DNA of 64,000 nt, from the IMG/VR virus record IMGVR_UViG_3300037067_016568, positions 96,001 to 160,000 of that record. One strand, given 5' to 3'. Every line of letters starts with the position of its first letter. Position 1 is the stretch's first letter. Source of the stretch: a virus (lineage: Duplodnaviria > Caudoviricetes). The notes beneath the pieces are model-generated. The model worked only from the letters and a program-made list of their open reading frames with translations, was not told where the DNA came from and did not search any database. Position numbers and translations under genes: made by a program. This document shows positions 10,235 through 20,864 of this stretch, piece by piece.

Positions 10235-10447
10235 CTAAAATCGCACTAGCTTTGGACCTCCATCGCCATATAACCAATATTGAGATGGTGCCATCTCTGA
10301 TTCATCAAACGCAGAACAGCAACGACTAACGTGCCTCTTTCCATCATCGCACCACCACGTCGTCTGGTTATCGTACTTCCACTTTCCGCCAAATAATTCC
10401 GACAATCGTTTAGCCCTGTTTACAACTGTATGTTCCAGCTGAAGCAT
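10235..10447 (-). CDS. Hypothetical protein
   Basis: Coupled small ORF. Confidence 0.55.
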   Translation of the reverse strand: MLQLEHTVVNRAKRLSELFGGKWKYDNQTTWWCDDGKRHVSRCCSAFDESEMAPSQYWLYGDGGPKLVRF

Positions 10448-10668
10448 CAGACCCGCCTCTCAACAAGCCTAATCTTTATATCGTCTGGTAATGGTTGAGA
10501 GCTAGTTATTTCAAGCCACGCACCACAATCAGGGCAAATCACCTGACTTCTCTCTTGCGTTGCTCTCTTCTTGGCGTCCTCTCGCTTCTCTTCCTCGGTA
10601 GCATTATGATGTTCTTTGATGCCGTCGAATTTACCCTTCATAAGTTCTCCTCTCCCCAAGCTCCCCAT
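10447..10668 (-). CDS. Small Zn-ribbon-like protein (start probably ~10641)
   Basis: CPDCG motif. Confidence 0.5.
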   Translation of the reverse strand: MGSLGRGELMKGKFDGIKEHHNATEEEKREDAKKRATQERSQVICPDCGAWLEITSSQPLPDDIKIRLVERRV

Positions 10669-10892
10669 TTCTTAATTTCATCTTGCCAATGTTGTGGCAT
10701 ATCAGAAATCTTTATAATTTCAGTGGCATTAGAATTTGCTCTTCTAACCGACAAAATGCCTTCTGGCAATTCTTTACCATTATCGTAAATAGATGCTGCA
10801 CCCTCAACTGTCTCACCGTCAACAGCATGCAATTGTATAAACAACATTCTAGCCATCTGGATCACCGAATTTCTTGAACATGTCAGCCACAA
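10638..10892 (-). CDS. Hypothetical protein (start probably ~10856)
   Basis: Coupled small ORF. Confidence 0.5.
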   Translation of the reverse strand: MWLTCSRNSVIQMARMLFIQLHAVDGETVEGAASIYDNGKELPEGILSVRRANSNATEIIKISDMPQHWQDEIKKWGAWGEENL

Positions 10893-11478
10893 AATCAGGT
10901 TGCTGATAATATATGCGTTGTTTGTCTAGTACCCATTGAGCTAATGGAGTTAGAAGTAATCCGCGAACAACACAGAGATCATGACTCAGCTTTTCATCCA
11001 ACAAATAAGAAAAAGGTGGTGCTAAAAAGGGCTTATCTTCTTTACCGTTTTCATTCCATTTAACCAACTTATTGGCCATTCTGAATTTTCCGCGATTATG
11101 GCCAGTTTTATAAATTGGTGAATCGCGACGACGCCTAATGTATTCTCTATAATCGATCATGCCGCACGATATAGCAGCCATTATTGACGCTTGCGAAGGA
11201 TCAAAATATGCAACTATTAATACATCAGCTTTCGATTTGCAAAAATCGCTTTCGCCGCATACTACAGTCATATATCCGGATTCGGTGCAGATCTTTTCTT
11301 GGACTCTAATGCGCCTGCCATGGATGTCAATTATGTCGTAGTCAATCTTATCGACAATATCTGTATAAGTCTTATCAAATATTATCTCCTTGTATCCAAC
11401 GCCGAATTGAGATTGGAGATATGGCTTTAATAGCCTGTGTCCTTTTTTATAAATCATGAATTGTTCCTCAAATGCCAT
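10849..11478 (-). CDS. Possible PD-(D/E)xK nuclease-fold protein
   Basis: D..DKIDYDI...IRVQEK spacing resembles the restriction-like catalytic motif. Confidence 0.4.
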   Translation of the reverse strand: MAFEEQFMIYKKGHRLLKPYLQSQFGVGYKEIIFDKTYTDIVDKIDYDIIDIHGRRIRVQEKICTESGYMTVVCGESDFCKSKADVLIVAYFDPSQASIMAAISCGMIDYREYIRRRRDSPIYKTGHNRGKFRMANKLVKWNENGKEDKPFLAPPFSYLLDEKLSHDLCVVRGLLLTPLAQWVLDKQRIYYQQPDFVADMFKKFGDPDG

Positions 11479-11479
11479 T

Positions 11480-11737
11480 TTACCAGCCGCCTCCGACTAT
11501 TTCAGCTGATACCCATGGGCCATCCCAGCGTTTGCAATGGCTACATTCTCGTCGCGTAGTCGGGATACCTTCACCCCAATCAGAGTGCTTATCCGTTACT
11601 CCATGTGGAACGTCACGTATCGTATGTTCAATACCAGCCTCTTTACAGTGCTTACAGTCATATTCATTCCATATTATACGGCCATCAGGACCGGTCTTCG
11701 CCAGTGCAGTTAATCTAGTATCAGAATTTGTACTCAT
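11480..11737 (-). CDS. Zn-finger protein
   Basis: CKHC...CSHC. Confidence 0.55.
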   Translation of the reverse strand: MSTNSDTRLTALAKTGPDGRIIWNEYDCKHCKEAGIEHTIRDVPHGVTDKHSDWGEGIPTTRRECSHCKRWDGPWVSAEIVGGGW

Positions 11738-12474
11738 ATTGGCGGCAACAATTGTGGAGCCGGTGCAGGCAACAATGGGATGTCTGATCCGTCACTACGA
11801 TTATTCCAACTCCAAAACATCATATATCCCATTCGACCTAGAATTATCTGATCGACAGTTGCGTTTTTGGTAAGTCTCTCCTGCAGGTCTGCAACTTCTG
11901 AAATACTCTTGACACCTAGATATTCAAATGCGGGCCATCTGAATTCCAATGGCAATATATCTTCCTTCTTTGGATTAGTATATGTTGTCCCATAACTATT
12001 TGTTGTTCTATAAGTAACGTTCAAAGTATTCGATTCTGATGTGGCAAGAGCAACACGGATAATAACTAACTTCTTAGTAATGTCATCAACAGAATCTTCA
12101 AACTTCCTTTGGTACTCTGACGGATTCACACTGCGAAGAAATGACACAAAGAACCTATCTGTACATCCTTCGCTAGCAACTTGATTACAATGATTATAAT
12201 AACAATGATAGATTCCTTGAATTTCGCGTGAAAATAGAATGCCGGCAAATGGGCTTGGCGGCATGTCAGCCAACAAACTTGCTACATGTTTAACTGCTCT
12301 TTCCCATAACTCGTTTCTGACATCGTATTGCGAGTCGACAATCGCACATGCAAGCCTCCATGTGTCATCTCCTCCTTTCTCGGCCTCCGATTCAAAAACG
12401 ATTAAGGGATCGATGTTGTTTGGTGCTGGATTGTATTTCTTTAATTGATACAGTATCGATTTCATGTTAATCAA
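11734..12474 (-). CDS. Hypothetical protein
   Basis: 246-aa ORF. Confidence 0.65.
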   Translation of the reverse strand: MINMKSILYQLKKYNPAPNNIDPLIVFESEAEKGGDDTWRLACAIVDSQYDVRNELWERAVKHVASLLADMPPSPFAGILFSREIQGIYHCYYNHCNQVASEGCTDRFFVSFLRSVNPSEYQRKFEDSVDDITKKLVIIRVALATSESNTLNVTYRTTNSYGTTYTNPKKEDILPLEFRWPAFEYLGVKSISEVADLQERLTKNATVDQIILGRMGYMMFWSWNNRSDGSDIPLLPAPAPQLLPPI

Positions 12475-12507
12475 ATACGTATTTCACAACTTTAAAAAGG
12501 AGAAGTC

Positions 12508-13515
12508 ATGAACATATTGGTTACTGGTGGGGCTGGCTATATAGGATCGCATGCGGTAAAGCGATTGCTGGATGAAAAGCATAAAGTCGCTGTAATTGAC
12601 AATCTATCGCGCGGGCATATAGAAGCGATAGATTGTCGTGCGGACTTTTATAGAGCTAAGCTGTCTGAAACAGATAAGTTACTTCGAATCCTATTGCAAC
12701 ACAGGATCGAATGTGTTATGCATTTCGCAGGACTTACATATGTTGGTGAGTCTGTGAGAAGACCACTTGATTACTACCGCAACAATGTCTCAGGAGCAAT
12801 CAGCTTGCTAGATGCTATGGATGCTGCGCATGTAAAGCAACTTGTATTTAGTTCCACAGCAGCAGTCTTTGGTGAGCCAAAAGAAGTCCCGATACATTGC
12901 TTTGTGGCACGTGATCCCATAAACCCATATGGGCGATCCAAGTACTTCATCGAAGAAATATTACACAATTACTCGACATCGGATAGAAGATTCACATTCG
13001 CTGTATTAAGATACTTTAACGTAGCAGGAGCAGCCTTTGATGGGTCTATTGGAGAAGACCATAAACCAGAAACACATCTCATACCGTCTCTGCTGTTATC
13101 TGCATTACTGAGCAAACAGCCGAGAGCCCAAATTTTTGGGATAGATTATCCAACTCCAGATGGCACTTGCATACGAGATTATGTTCATGTTGAAGATTTA
13201 ATCACAGCACATATTCTGGCAATGGAATCACTAAAATCAGGAGAAACACAACAATATAACATCGGCATTGGTCGAGGTTATTCGGTAAGAGAAGTCATAG
13301 ATGCAGTACAAAGAATCACTGGAGTAGCCTTTGAAATAGAAGAATTACCGAGGCGTCCTGGCGATCCGTCAGTTTTATATGCGAATTCTGATCGCATCAA
13401 AAGAGATCTGAACTGGTCTCCAAAGTATGGCCTAGATGCCATGATTACCACAGCTTGGAATTGGTTTCAGAATCATCCAAATGGCTACATACCGGACACT
13501 CATGCGTCCGGTTAA
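12508..13515 (+). CDS. galE: UDP-glucose 4-epimerase
   Basis: TGGAGYIGSH, FSSTAA, PYGRSK, LRYFNVAGA, PETHLIP, DGTCIRDYVHV. Confidence 0.95.
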   Translation: MNILVTGGAGYIGSHAVKRLLDEKHKVAVIDNLSRGHIEAIDCRADFYRAKLSETDKLLRILLQHRIECVMHFAGLTYVGESVRRPLDYYRNNVSGAISLLDAMDAAHVKQLVFSSTAAVFGEPKEVPIHCFVARDPINPYGRSKYFIEEILHNYSTSDRRFTFAVLRYFNVAGAAFDGSIGEDHKPETHLIPSLLLSALLSKQPRAQIFGIDYPTPDGTCIRDYVHVEDLITAHILAMESLKSGETQQYNIGIGRGYSVREVIDAVQRITGVAFEIEELPRRPGDPSVLYANSDRIKRDLNWSPKYGLDAMITTAWNWFQNHPNGYIPDTHASG

Positions 13516-14218
13516 TTTCGATCTGCTTGAATGTATTCTGCCACAGATCGATTATTGTAACATATGGAGAAATGTAATTGAGATTGCCGCTGCATATTTT
13601 CAATGCCTCAGCAGCTTCTATAGATGCAATGACGTTCGTTATCGGACTAAGCATCCCAATTTCATCATCATTTGTAGGCACACCATCAAGGAAAAGGCAT
13701 CGTAGGCAAGCTGTTCTTCCAGGGACAACAGTCATTGTGTTCCCATAAGCACCATCGCAGCCACCAAAAATCCACGGCTTTTTAAGTTTGATAGCTGCAT
13801 CATTAATAATGAATTTTGTAGCAATATCGTCTGTACCATCAAGGATGATATCTACATCATTGCAGAGATGCTCAATGTTTGAGGCATCAATTCGTGAATT
13901 AGTCGGCTCAATACATGTAGATCTGTTAACGGCCAGAAGCTTTTGAGCGACTACAACAGACTTAAGTCTGCGGACGTCCTGTTCATCGAATAATAACTGT
14001 CGATGTAAATTGCTCATATCGACAGTATCATAATCAGCGATGCGCAGAAATCCGACACCGGCCCTCACCAACAAGTTGGCAATAGTCGATCCAAGTGCAC
14101 CGCATCCACATATCAATACACGTGACTGGCTCAGCAACCGTTGTCCCTCTTCTCCAATCGGTTCAAATCTGGTCTGCTGGATATATCGATTACCAGTCAT
14201 CATCGTCTTCATCTTCAT
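13445..14218 (-). CDS. ThiF/MoeB-family E1-like adenylyltransferase
   Basis: VLICGCGALGS, DTVDMSNLHRQ, DGTDD, ACLRC and CPVC Zn pairs. Confidence 0.9.
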   Translation of the reverse strand: MKMKTMMTGNRYIQQTRFEPIGEEGQRLLSQSRVLICGCGALGSTIANLLVRAGVGFLRIADYDTVDMSNLHRQLLFDEQDVRRLKSVVVAQKLLAVNRSTCIEPTNSRIDASNIEHLCNDVDIILDGTDDIATKFIINDAAIKLKKPWIFGGCDGAYGNTMTVVPGRTACLRCLFLDGVPTNDDEIGMLSPITNVIASIEAAEALKICSGNLNYISPYVTIIDLWQNTFKQIEINRTHECPVCSHLDDSETNSKLW

Positions 14219-17198
14219 CTTCTGATACCGGCTGGTACCTGATTGTTATTGATTTGATCGCTTCAAAATAATCATCATCTTCTGCTGTCCCATCATAACC
14301 GCATTTCTTGGCCTCTACCAAGAATTGTTCTATTGTCAAACCATCAAAGTTGATGTTTCTTTCAATGAGATAACCTGCAGCGTTGTCAATCCACCGTGGC
14401 CACAGATCCGGAACTTTTAAATCTTCTTTATAGCCTTCCCACAAAACATCGTCTTCATCGACATAATCATCGAGGAATTTAACATGCTGCTCTTCATACC
14501 ATGCCACTTTTTTAGCATTTGTAATTGCTTGTTCAATAGCGTGGATTGGCCTACTGTAACGCCGCTGTTTTTTCTCGACAGCCTTTGCCCGATCTTCCTC
14601 TGTGATAGCTGCTGCGATATTGTTTTCAAATGTGACAATCGCTTTATATGTCACCCATGGTGGGTTTTTCATATCGATACAAACACCGCTATATCCTGCA
14701 ATCCGGAATTTGAATTCATCACCTTTTTTCTTCCATATTATAGAGATCCTGGCATACTCAGGACTGTGAGTATCACCAGTCATAAACCATTTAGATGCTG
14801 CCCCATGATATAACAAATAATACAAATAAATGCGTTCTTTGCTATCACTAACAACAGCAAGTGGTTGCAACCACTTTCTATATCCTTTCTTATGCCGCCA
14901 ATCAAGGAAAATAGACTTATCGGCATCGGGCTTCTTGGTACGCTCCATCTCAAGCTTGGCAAGAATAAACTCCGCCGCTTGTTTTCGTTCAGCATCGGTT
15001 AGATGCTCTTGCGGTCTAGCACCAATATTCCATTCATTCCACCGATTATGTGCACACACAAGTTGCCAGCTTTGATGCCTAATGTCAACAACAGTCCAAT
15101 CCTTAGACGAAATAAGCCGAACAAAGACACCACAATCAAAATGGATAATGTTCTGGCCATCGGTTGTGGCTAACACAGAACTAAGACTGGCATCAGCATA
15201 TAGACGCCATACCTCTTCCCTGACATAGATGTTTTCATCGTTCTCGAACCGCAACACAGTATAACTGCGATCTGGGCGGTAGAAAATCGCAAGAGTCTTC
15301 TCGTCGCCAAGCTTCTCAGCAGCGTGATTGTGAGCATCAGCCAAATTATCATCATATAAGGTTCGTCGACGACCATATTCAGAAACAATCATGCGCAAAG
15401 CTTTAGCATCATCAGATGTCAATGCTCTATGTTCTCGTACTTTGAATTTCCACCAATGTATCAAAGCATCAATGCTGCGTTCAGCAGATGCAATCGATGT
15501 ATTGTGTGCTTTCGCGATTTCGCCAATTAGTAGCTGCCTGAATGGTGCCTCTTCTTCTAACTCTTTCTGTTTAATCTTTAGTGCCGCTTTCAATAGCGGG
15601 ACCATATGTATGTAGTTGTGCCTGTTTGTGCGAGAATAGAGATAGTAGTTAATGTCAGATATTGTCACATTATCAATATTGATAATAAAATCATCTCTCT
15701 TATAGACAGTATAGCTGACACGAATCCTGCTCCTCTCGCCCCATCCTCTATCATTCTCATAATAGAACTTGAATCCTTCATTCGGTACCTTCTTTTCAAG
15801 AACATGTAGCTGATAACTGTTCGGACGCAAAGCATATTTATTGCCTTGACGTTTGCCGAGTTCTTGATAATGAAAATGATAACTATCAAATTCGCCAGCA
15901 ATCCGACATCCAACTTCAAGCGCACCATTCACACTGTCGAGCCACTTATCAAAACCTGGACGTCCAGTACCCAGCAAGTTCTCAGCATCATATCTCAATA
16001 TGACGTGTTGTTGCCCTTCAATAGCACATACATTAATTGGTTCATCCGGCAAAGGGTGAAAAACCTTAGTGCGATCGACAATACCTTGGATCAATATCAA
16101 TGCTGCATAAAACCGCCGTTTTTTGGACTCTGCTTTGTCCATGGCTTGCATGTATTTAGACGAGCCGGGCGTCAGAGGTTCTCTAATTGTCTCATGTGTC
16201 CTCCAATCCGTGCGAGACTCATAAAAGAAATGCTCAAACTCGTCTTTTCGCGGCAGAAAAACATCTTCAACCCATAGCGTTGTGAAGACACGATATAAGT
16301 TGTCACCGTTACGAATTAGAATGTATAGGCACTTATTCCGCCTATTCAATTCAGAATTGACGAATGGATTGTCGTCATAATGCTTCGGATTGCGCCGTGG
16401 CTTTAACGCGACAATGCCCCTGCGTTCAGGAAGAACTTGTTGCAAATGAGCAGGGTCACATATCCATTTATCGAAGCTCTCTATGTTCTCAAAATCAATG
16501 CCGCCGCACTTGGCATTATCACTAGCAACAGCACTCTCTTCATCCATATAGAGAACTTGTTGCCTGACGACGATTTTTTCATCCTGTGGAGCAGGCTCGC
16601 CTCTCTGAATTCGAATAATCTCTTCATCTTGGCCGAGATAGGCGTTAATAATATAGATCGCCTCTTGTGCCAATTCGATCTGTTTGGTGAGAGCCGCCGA
16701 TTTGGCATGTAATATGAGTTGCTGCTCTTTAATAAGTGATGCTAATGCAGCTTGACGTTTCGCGATCTGATTCTTGGTCACGGCGAATGCGGTTTTGACC
16801 TTTTTCAGATTCTTAGCAGCGACAACAGGATTCGCACGGCTTACGACAGACGCAAATTCCGTCGCCGAAGATTGCTTTACAGGTTGAGTTTCGTCGTTTA
16901 GCAGCTTCGGTGTAGTGGCCGATTCGATGAGATTGTCTTGTCTGTCTCCGATGTTATGGAGATCATTTAAAAGGGCATTTAATTCGCCTTGCCGCTCTTC
17001 GACGCCATCAGGAGCTAGGTCGAAAGAACTCGTAAATACTCCCAATGGCAGCGTCCAAGTCGATTCCCCTTGAATCAACGTCACCTCGTCTCCAACGATA
17101 TCAGACAAATACCATAACGACCCTACCTCCATTTCGCTGAGAGATTCATCATCCGGGTCGTCAATATGCTCAACCAGTCTATAATATCCTTGTTCCAT
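14190..17198 (-). CDS. Large hypothetical protein (1002 aa) with coiled coil
   Basis: Long ORF with acidic tail; no family recognised. Confidence 0.8.
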   Translation of the reverse strand: MEQGYYRLVEHIDDPDDESLSEMEVGSLWYLSDIVGDEVTLIQGESTWTLPLGVFTSSFDLAPDGVEERQGELNALLNDLHNIGDRQDNLIESATTPKLLNDETQPVKQSSATEFASVVSRANPVVAAKNLKKVKTAFAVTKNQIAKRQAALASLIKEQQLILHAKSAALTKQIELAQEAIYIINAYLGQDEEIIRIQRGEPAPQDEKIVVRQQVLYMDEESAVASDNAKCGGIDFENIESFDKWICDPAHLQQVLPERRGIVALKPRRNPKHYDDNPFVNSELNRRNKCLYILIRNGDNLYRVFTTLWVEDVFLPRKDEFEHFFYESRTDWRTHETIREPLTPGSSKYMQAMDKAESKKRRFYAALILIQGIVDRTKVFHPLPDEPINVCAIEGQQHVILRYDAENLLGTGRPGFDKWLDSVNGALEVGCRIAGEFDSYHFHYQELGKRQGNKYALRPNSYQLHVLEKKVPNEGFKFYYENDRGWGERSRIRVSYTVYKRDDFIINIDNVTISDINYYLYSRTNRHNYIHMVPLLKAALKIKQKELEEEAPFRQLLIGEIAKAHNTSIASAERSIDALIHWWKFKVREHRALTSDDAKALRMIVSEYGRRRTLYDDNLADAHNHAAEKLGDEKTLAIFYRPDRSYTVLRFENDENIYVREEVWRLYADASLSSVLATTDGQNIIHFDCGVFVRLISSKDWTVVDIRHQSWQLVCAHNRWNEWNIGARPQEHLTDAERKQAAEFILAKLEMERTKKPDADKSIFLDWRHKKGYRKWLQPLAVVSDSKERIYLYYLLYHGAASKWFMTGDTHSPEYARISIIWKKKGDEFKFRIAGYSGVCIDMKNPPWVTYKAIVTFENNIAAAITEEDRAKAVEKKQRRYSRPIHAIEQAITNAKKVAWYEEQHVKFLDDYVDEDDVLWEGYKEDLKVPDLWPRWIDNAAGYLIERNINFDGLTIEQFLVEAKKCGYDGTAEDDDYFEAIKSITIRYQPVSEDEDEDDDDW

Positions 17199-17229
17199 AC
17201 CATTTTTATAGCGGGAGAGTATAAATTAT

Positions 17230-17415
17230 TTAACTACGACTGTACTTGACATCCATAGTAATCGTAGCTAACTCTGAACTGAGCGGTATGTCGTCAAAAT
17301 GCATAGCCACAGGATAAATATTCACGAAACGCAGCACTTCACCATTCTCAAGTATGGCTATGTAATCTCTGGTGCCATCTTCCTGCTCTTCAAACCAGCC
17401 ATCTCTGATTGTCAA
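17230..17415 (-). CDS. Small hypothetical protein
   Basis: TTG start overlapping the upstream TGA, GGAGGAG RBS; only the C-terminal part of the 148-aa ORF-track call looks real. Confidence 0.5.
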   Translation of the reverse strand: MTIRDGWFEEQEDGTRDYIAILENGEVLRFVNIYPVAMHFDDIPLSSELATITMDVKYSRS

Positions 17416-17948
17416 GGTAACTCCTCCGCTATGTCTCCAGGGCCTAGATCTGGCTCTTCTGCAGAGAATTGCTCTACCTTCATATCCCTGGCTGTATAGT
17501 TGCTCCTCTCTCGAAACTGTCTCCGAGCGTCTTCCGAGCTCGTCGCTTGCAGCCAGTAGCCGATGCGGCTTTCGAGACCATCTGGCATCGTAATCGTTCC
17601 CCGGACTTTGTAGAAGCCCGCGTCGTATCTGTTTTCGATATCTGCCGCCTTTTGACCGTGGGCGTTCAGATGCCAAGCAATAATATTCTGAAAATTTAAT
17701 CCATAATCCTTCTTTGGCGGCTCAACGCGCAGGCCCTCAACATCAGCTAGAAAATCTCCGTACGGATACTCCAATAATCCATCTATCTCAGAAGGTCCGA
17801 AATCGTATTTGGCAAGGCTGATACAATTAACAATATCATCACTATTTGGGTTCTCCTCATCGAACGTCACCCAAATCTTCATTTTACCATCGCCGATGTC
17901 AATTTCGTAAGTGCGTAATTCATTTGGACCAGCAATCTTGATATGCAT
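17412..17948 (-). CDS. Hypothetical protein
   Basis: 178-aa acidic ORF. Confidence 0.6.
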   Translation of the reverse strand: MHIKIAGPNELRTYEIDIGDGKMKIWVTFDEENPNSDDIVNCISLAKYDFGPSEIDGLLEYPYGDFLADVEGLRVEPPKKDYGLNFQNIIAWHLNAHGQKAADIENRYDAGFYKVRGTITMPDGLESRIGYWLQATSSEDARRQFRERSNYTARDMKVEQFSAEEPDLGPGDIAEELP

Positions 17949-18045
17949 ATTATAATCATCAGCAACTTGCTTGATAAGACTCGCCAGCCTTACTATTTTT
18001 CTTCGATTCTGACATATTATTCTCCTTCATTATCTTCGAATAGCA

Positions 18046-19221
18046 CTATTTCATCATTGGCTTCGGCTTCATCTTTAAATAACGTCGCATTTCGTCAGCA
18101 ATCTTTACAGACTCCCTATAATACGTCACGCGACTTTTTAATTCGAAGATATGTCCGCAACCACATTTATGCATCAATTCAACAAGTCGGCTGTCCGACT
18201 GTAGGTCTGAATTCAAAAATGCATCTAAATTGTCCAACCCAAGGTACTGCTTGTCAAGCCGACCTACCCTCAATCGACTTTGAAATTTATCGCCCTCAGG
18301 CGTACCATCCATTGTAAGAAATAGGAAAGTAGTAATGCAAATGGCATTATTCACGACCTGACATACAAAATATCCAATTTTACAGCCACTAAAGTAACAT
18401 TCAAGTAAAAACCTACCATTGGTTTCATCTCTTCCATGGCTATTAATTATCGCCTTATTAACTGATTGCCATATGCACCTATATGCCGCACTTTCAGGGT
18501 AGAATGTGACGCCGATACGTTCAATCATGCGTTCTATAGCATGAATTTGCACATAGATTGGCAATTCCATATCCACACCGATTGGCTTTATATTTAATTT
18601 AAGCCATTTAGGAGCAATACCACTTGGATTAGCAATTGCGTATCCAACTCTACTGATGCCGCCGATATTGAACATTTTCGATTTACAATATCTCGATATT
18701 TCAACCACAAAGCGGTTATGGCTGGATTTGAAATGGAAACAGTAGAAGCAGTTGACAGAACTTGACTTGATTAAATAGTGATGTACAGCCTCGACCGTAC
18801 TATTGTAAATTTCGTCGATTTTTTCGTGGCAATATTCTTCTGCTTCTATTATACCACGAAAACTTGCCTTTTCATTCGGCGTCATATATTTTGACGCCTT
18901 AACTGCATTCTTGATTTCTCGCAAGAGAGGATATAATATAGACCAAAACAATTGTGCTGGACGTTCATAGTCTGCGATTTTAACTGTCGCTTCATCGATG
19001 TGTTTTTGAGCACATCGAATCATGGCGTCACTGACGCCACCGACGCCCGGAATCACTTTGATTGGACGCAAAGGAACTCTGTTAATAGTATTAACATTAC
19101 GGTTTAGGAACTTCCTAACCGTCGAGTTCATAGCTGATATATTGTCGAGAAATATCTCTAAAACGACTTTAGGGACGTATGGCTTACGTCGATCGTATTT
19201 GTGTTTGTGCTTTGGTTTCAT
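18046..19221 (-). CDS. Hypothetical protein
   Basis: 391-aa ORF; HAIERMIER motif. Confidence 0.7.
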   Translation of the reverse strand: MKPKHKHKYDRRKPYVPKVVLEIFLDNISAMNSTVRKFLNRNVNTINRVPLRPIKVIPGVGGVSDAMIRCAQKHIDEATVKIADYERPAQLFWSILYPLLREIKNAVKASKYMTPNEKASFRGIIEAEEYCHEKIDEIYNSTVEAVHHYLIKSSSVNCFYCFHFKSSHNRFVVEISRYCKSKMFNIGGISRVGYAIANPSGIAPKWLKLNIKPIGVDMELPIYVQIHAIERMIERIGVTFYPESAAYRCIWQSVNKAIINSHGRDETNGRFLLECYFSGCKIGYFVCQVVNNAICITTFLFLTMDGTPEGDKFQSRLRVGRLDKQYLGLDNLDAFLNSDLQSDSRLVELMHKCGCGHIFELKSRVTYYRESVKIADEMRRYLKMKPKPMMK

Positions 19222-19729
19222 GTAGGTATCTGTAAGCCCGGTCTCTCTTCTTCAATATGTCGACTTTATCATTAAGACGCTGGATAGCTGAAATGTGGTG
19301 TTCTATTTTCCGTTTCCTTCTCGCACATACCTCTTGTAAATGGGCTAATTCAGACGCCTGCCTCTTGAGCATTTTCTTTGCTAGTTTATATCCTGCTTGT
19401 AATTCTTCATATTCTCGTTTTAATTTATTATATTCTTTTTTTAACGACGCTTCTTCTTGGTAATCAGCCAAAAAACCGTCAACAAACTGCACGACGTCCA
19501 TTAAGCATTTTGCCAATGAAACAAATCGATTATTACTCCTGACACTTAATGCTACAGTGTTAGATGTTGAACGATCTTCGCGAAAATCATCAATGACTTT
19601 TCTATCTTGTTTAAGCTGCTTGCGTTGACCGGCAAGCAGCTGTGCCAATTGCGTGTGTAGGTTCTGCTTCGGCGTCATGTTTGGAGCCAGCTGTTTTTGT
19701 GACTTTATACATATATACAAGTTCCCCAC
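19184..19729 (-). CDS. Coiled-coil protein
   Basis: Heptad-rich, basic. Confidence 0.6.
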   Translation of the reverse strand: MGNLYICIKSQKQLAPNMTPKQNLHTQLAQLLAGQRKQLKQDRKVIDDFREDRSTSNTVALSVRSNNRFVSLAKCLMDVVQFVDGFLADYQEEASLKKEYNKLKREYEELQAGYKLAKKMLKRQASELAHLQEVCARRKRKIEHHISAIQRLNDKVDILKKRDRAYRYLHETKAQTQIRST

Positions 19730-19749
19730 TATGAAGTGATGATATGTTA

Positions 19750-20526
19750 TTATGCCGCAGCCTTAATATCGTGAAAGATTCGCGACAGCGACCTAGTATC
19801 CAACTGCTTAACAGCAGTTGCCCTTCTAAGCGGCGCTGCAAATACGTTGGCCGAGGCTCGAAAATGATTCTCGTCATGCAAAATCATCACATAACGAGTA
19901 ATTAGATGGTCGGTCGGTGTAAAGTTACCATCAAGTACAACACATAATTTCTCAATGGGCTTTCCATTGAGATAAACAACTGTCATACCGTGGCCCGGAT
20001 AAATTTGATAGACTTTACCAGAACGAGCTTGGACTGATATGAAGCCATTTCGCAGAAATCGCTGGAAGCCGTCATCTCCAAGCATTCTGCGTAGCGTCTG
20101 ACGAGCACGAATTTCACGCTCCTCGGCAGCAGCCCTGACAGGAGTACGTGACGTAATAATAAGTGGTGCCTGACGAGATTGCAAAATTTGTCGAAACCTC
20201 TGGCTTGGAGAAATCGGAGCAGCACGTACCACAGACCAGTCATAACAGCTACTGGGCCAGGTGTAATTTGCCTTGGCGATATATTTGCCGATACTTCCAG
20301 TACCATCTTCATCTGACCAGAAATCACAATAGTTACAAAGAGTTGCTGTGTGAGTACGCTTCTCTTTGATGCGACACATACTGGCATTAGATGAAATATC
20401 CATCCATTTAATATAGATCCCATTGTCTGTCGTACAATCGGTCGGATAGATAATCGAAGCTGATGCTGTCGGTATGCATGGTGTATATGCCGTCGTGCCT
20501 GCGTCGTCGTAGTTATTAAAAATCAT
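19750..20526 (-). CDS. Hypothetical phage protein
   Basis: 258-aa ORF in a coupled run. Confidence 0.7.
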   Translation of the reverse strand: MIFNNYDDAGTTAYTPCIPTASASIIYPTDCTTDNGIYIKWMDISSNASMCRIKEKRTHTATLCNYCDFWSDEDGTGSIGKYIAKANYTWPSSCYDWSVVRAAPISPSQRFRQILQSRQAPLIITSRTPVRAAAEEREIRARQTLRRMLGDDGFQRFLRNGFISVQARSGKVYQIYPGHGMTVVYLNGKPIEKLCVVLDGNFTPTDHLITRYVMILHDENHFRASANVFAAPLRRATAVKQLDTRSLSRIFHDIKAAA

Positions 20527-20528
20527 TT

Positions 20529-20864
20529 CTAACCCTTCTTAGCTAGTTTGAGCGGTAAGAAAAGAACTTGCTCTGCCATTGGATCAAATTCGTCCATCTT
20601 ATCTGGCATAGCCTTGCCACCGACACCGACACGATATGGCGTTAACTCCTTCTTAAGGATGTCAAACATTTCCTTGGCTGCCTGAATCTCTGCTAAACTA
20701 TCAGAGTTCCAGACAACACGTTTATCACCGTCACGTTGATTCATGACATGAAACATACCGTGCTTAGGCGGTGGTACAACACCATCTAATACACGCAAAA
20801 GCGGTGAGACAGGGACACGAATTGATGGGCCACCGTCTATAATAGGAACTTCAACGAAATTCAT
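20529..20864 (-). CDS. Hypothetical protein
   Basis: GGAGG RBS and ATGA overlap with upstream gene. Confidence 0.6.
   Translation of the reverse strand: MNFVEVPIIDGGPSIRVPVSPLLRVLDGVVPPPKHGMFHVMNQRDGDKRVVWNSDSLAEIQAAKEMFDILKKELTPYRVGVGGKAMPDKMDEFDPMAEQVLFLPLKLAKKG

Noticed and set aside
17416-17676. N-terminal part of the 148-aa ORF call
   Set aside because: Out-of-frame overlap with the 178-aa gene; a better start with RBS lies at 17415
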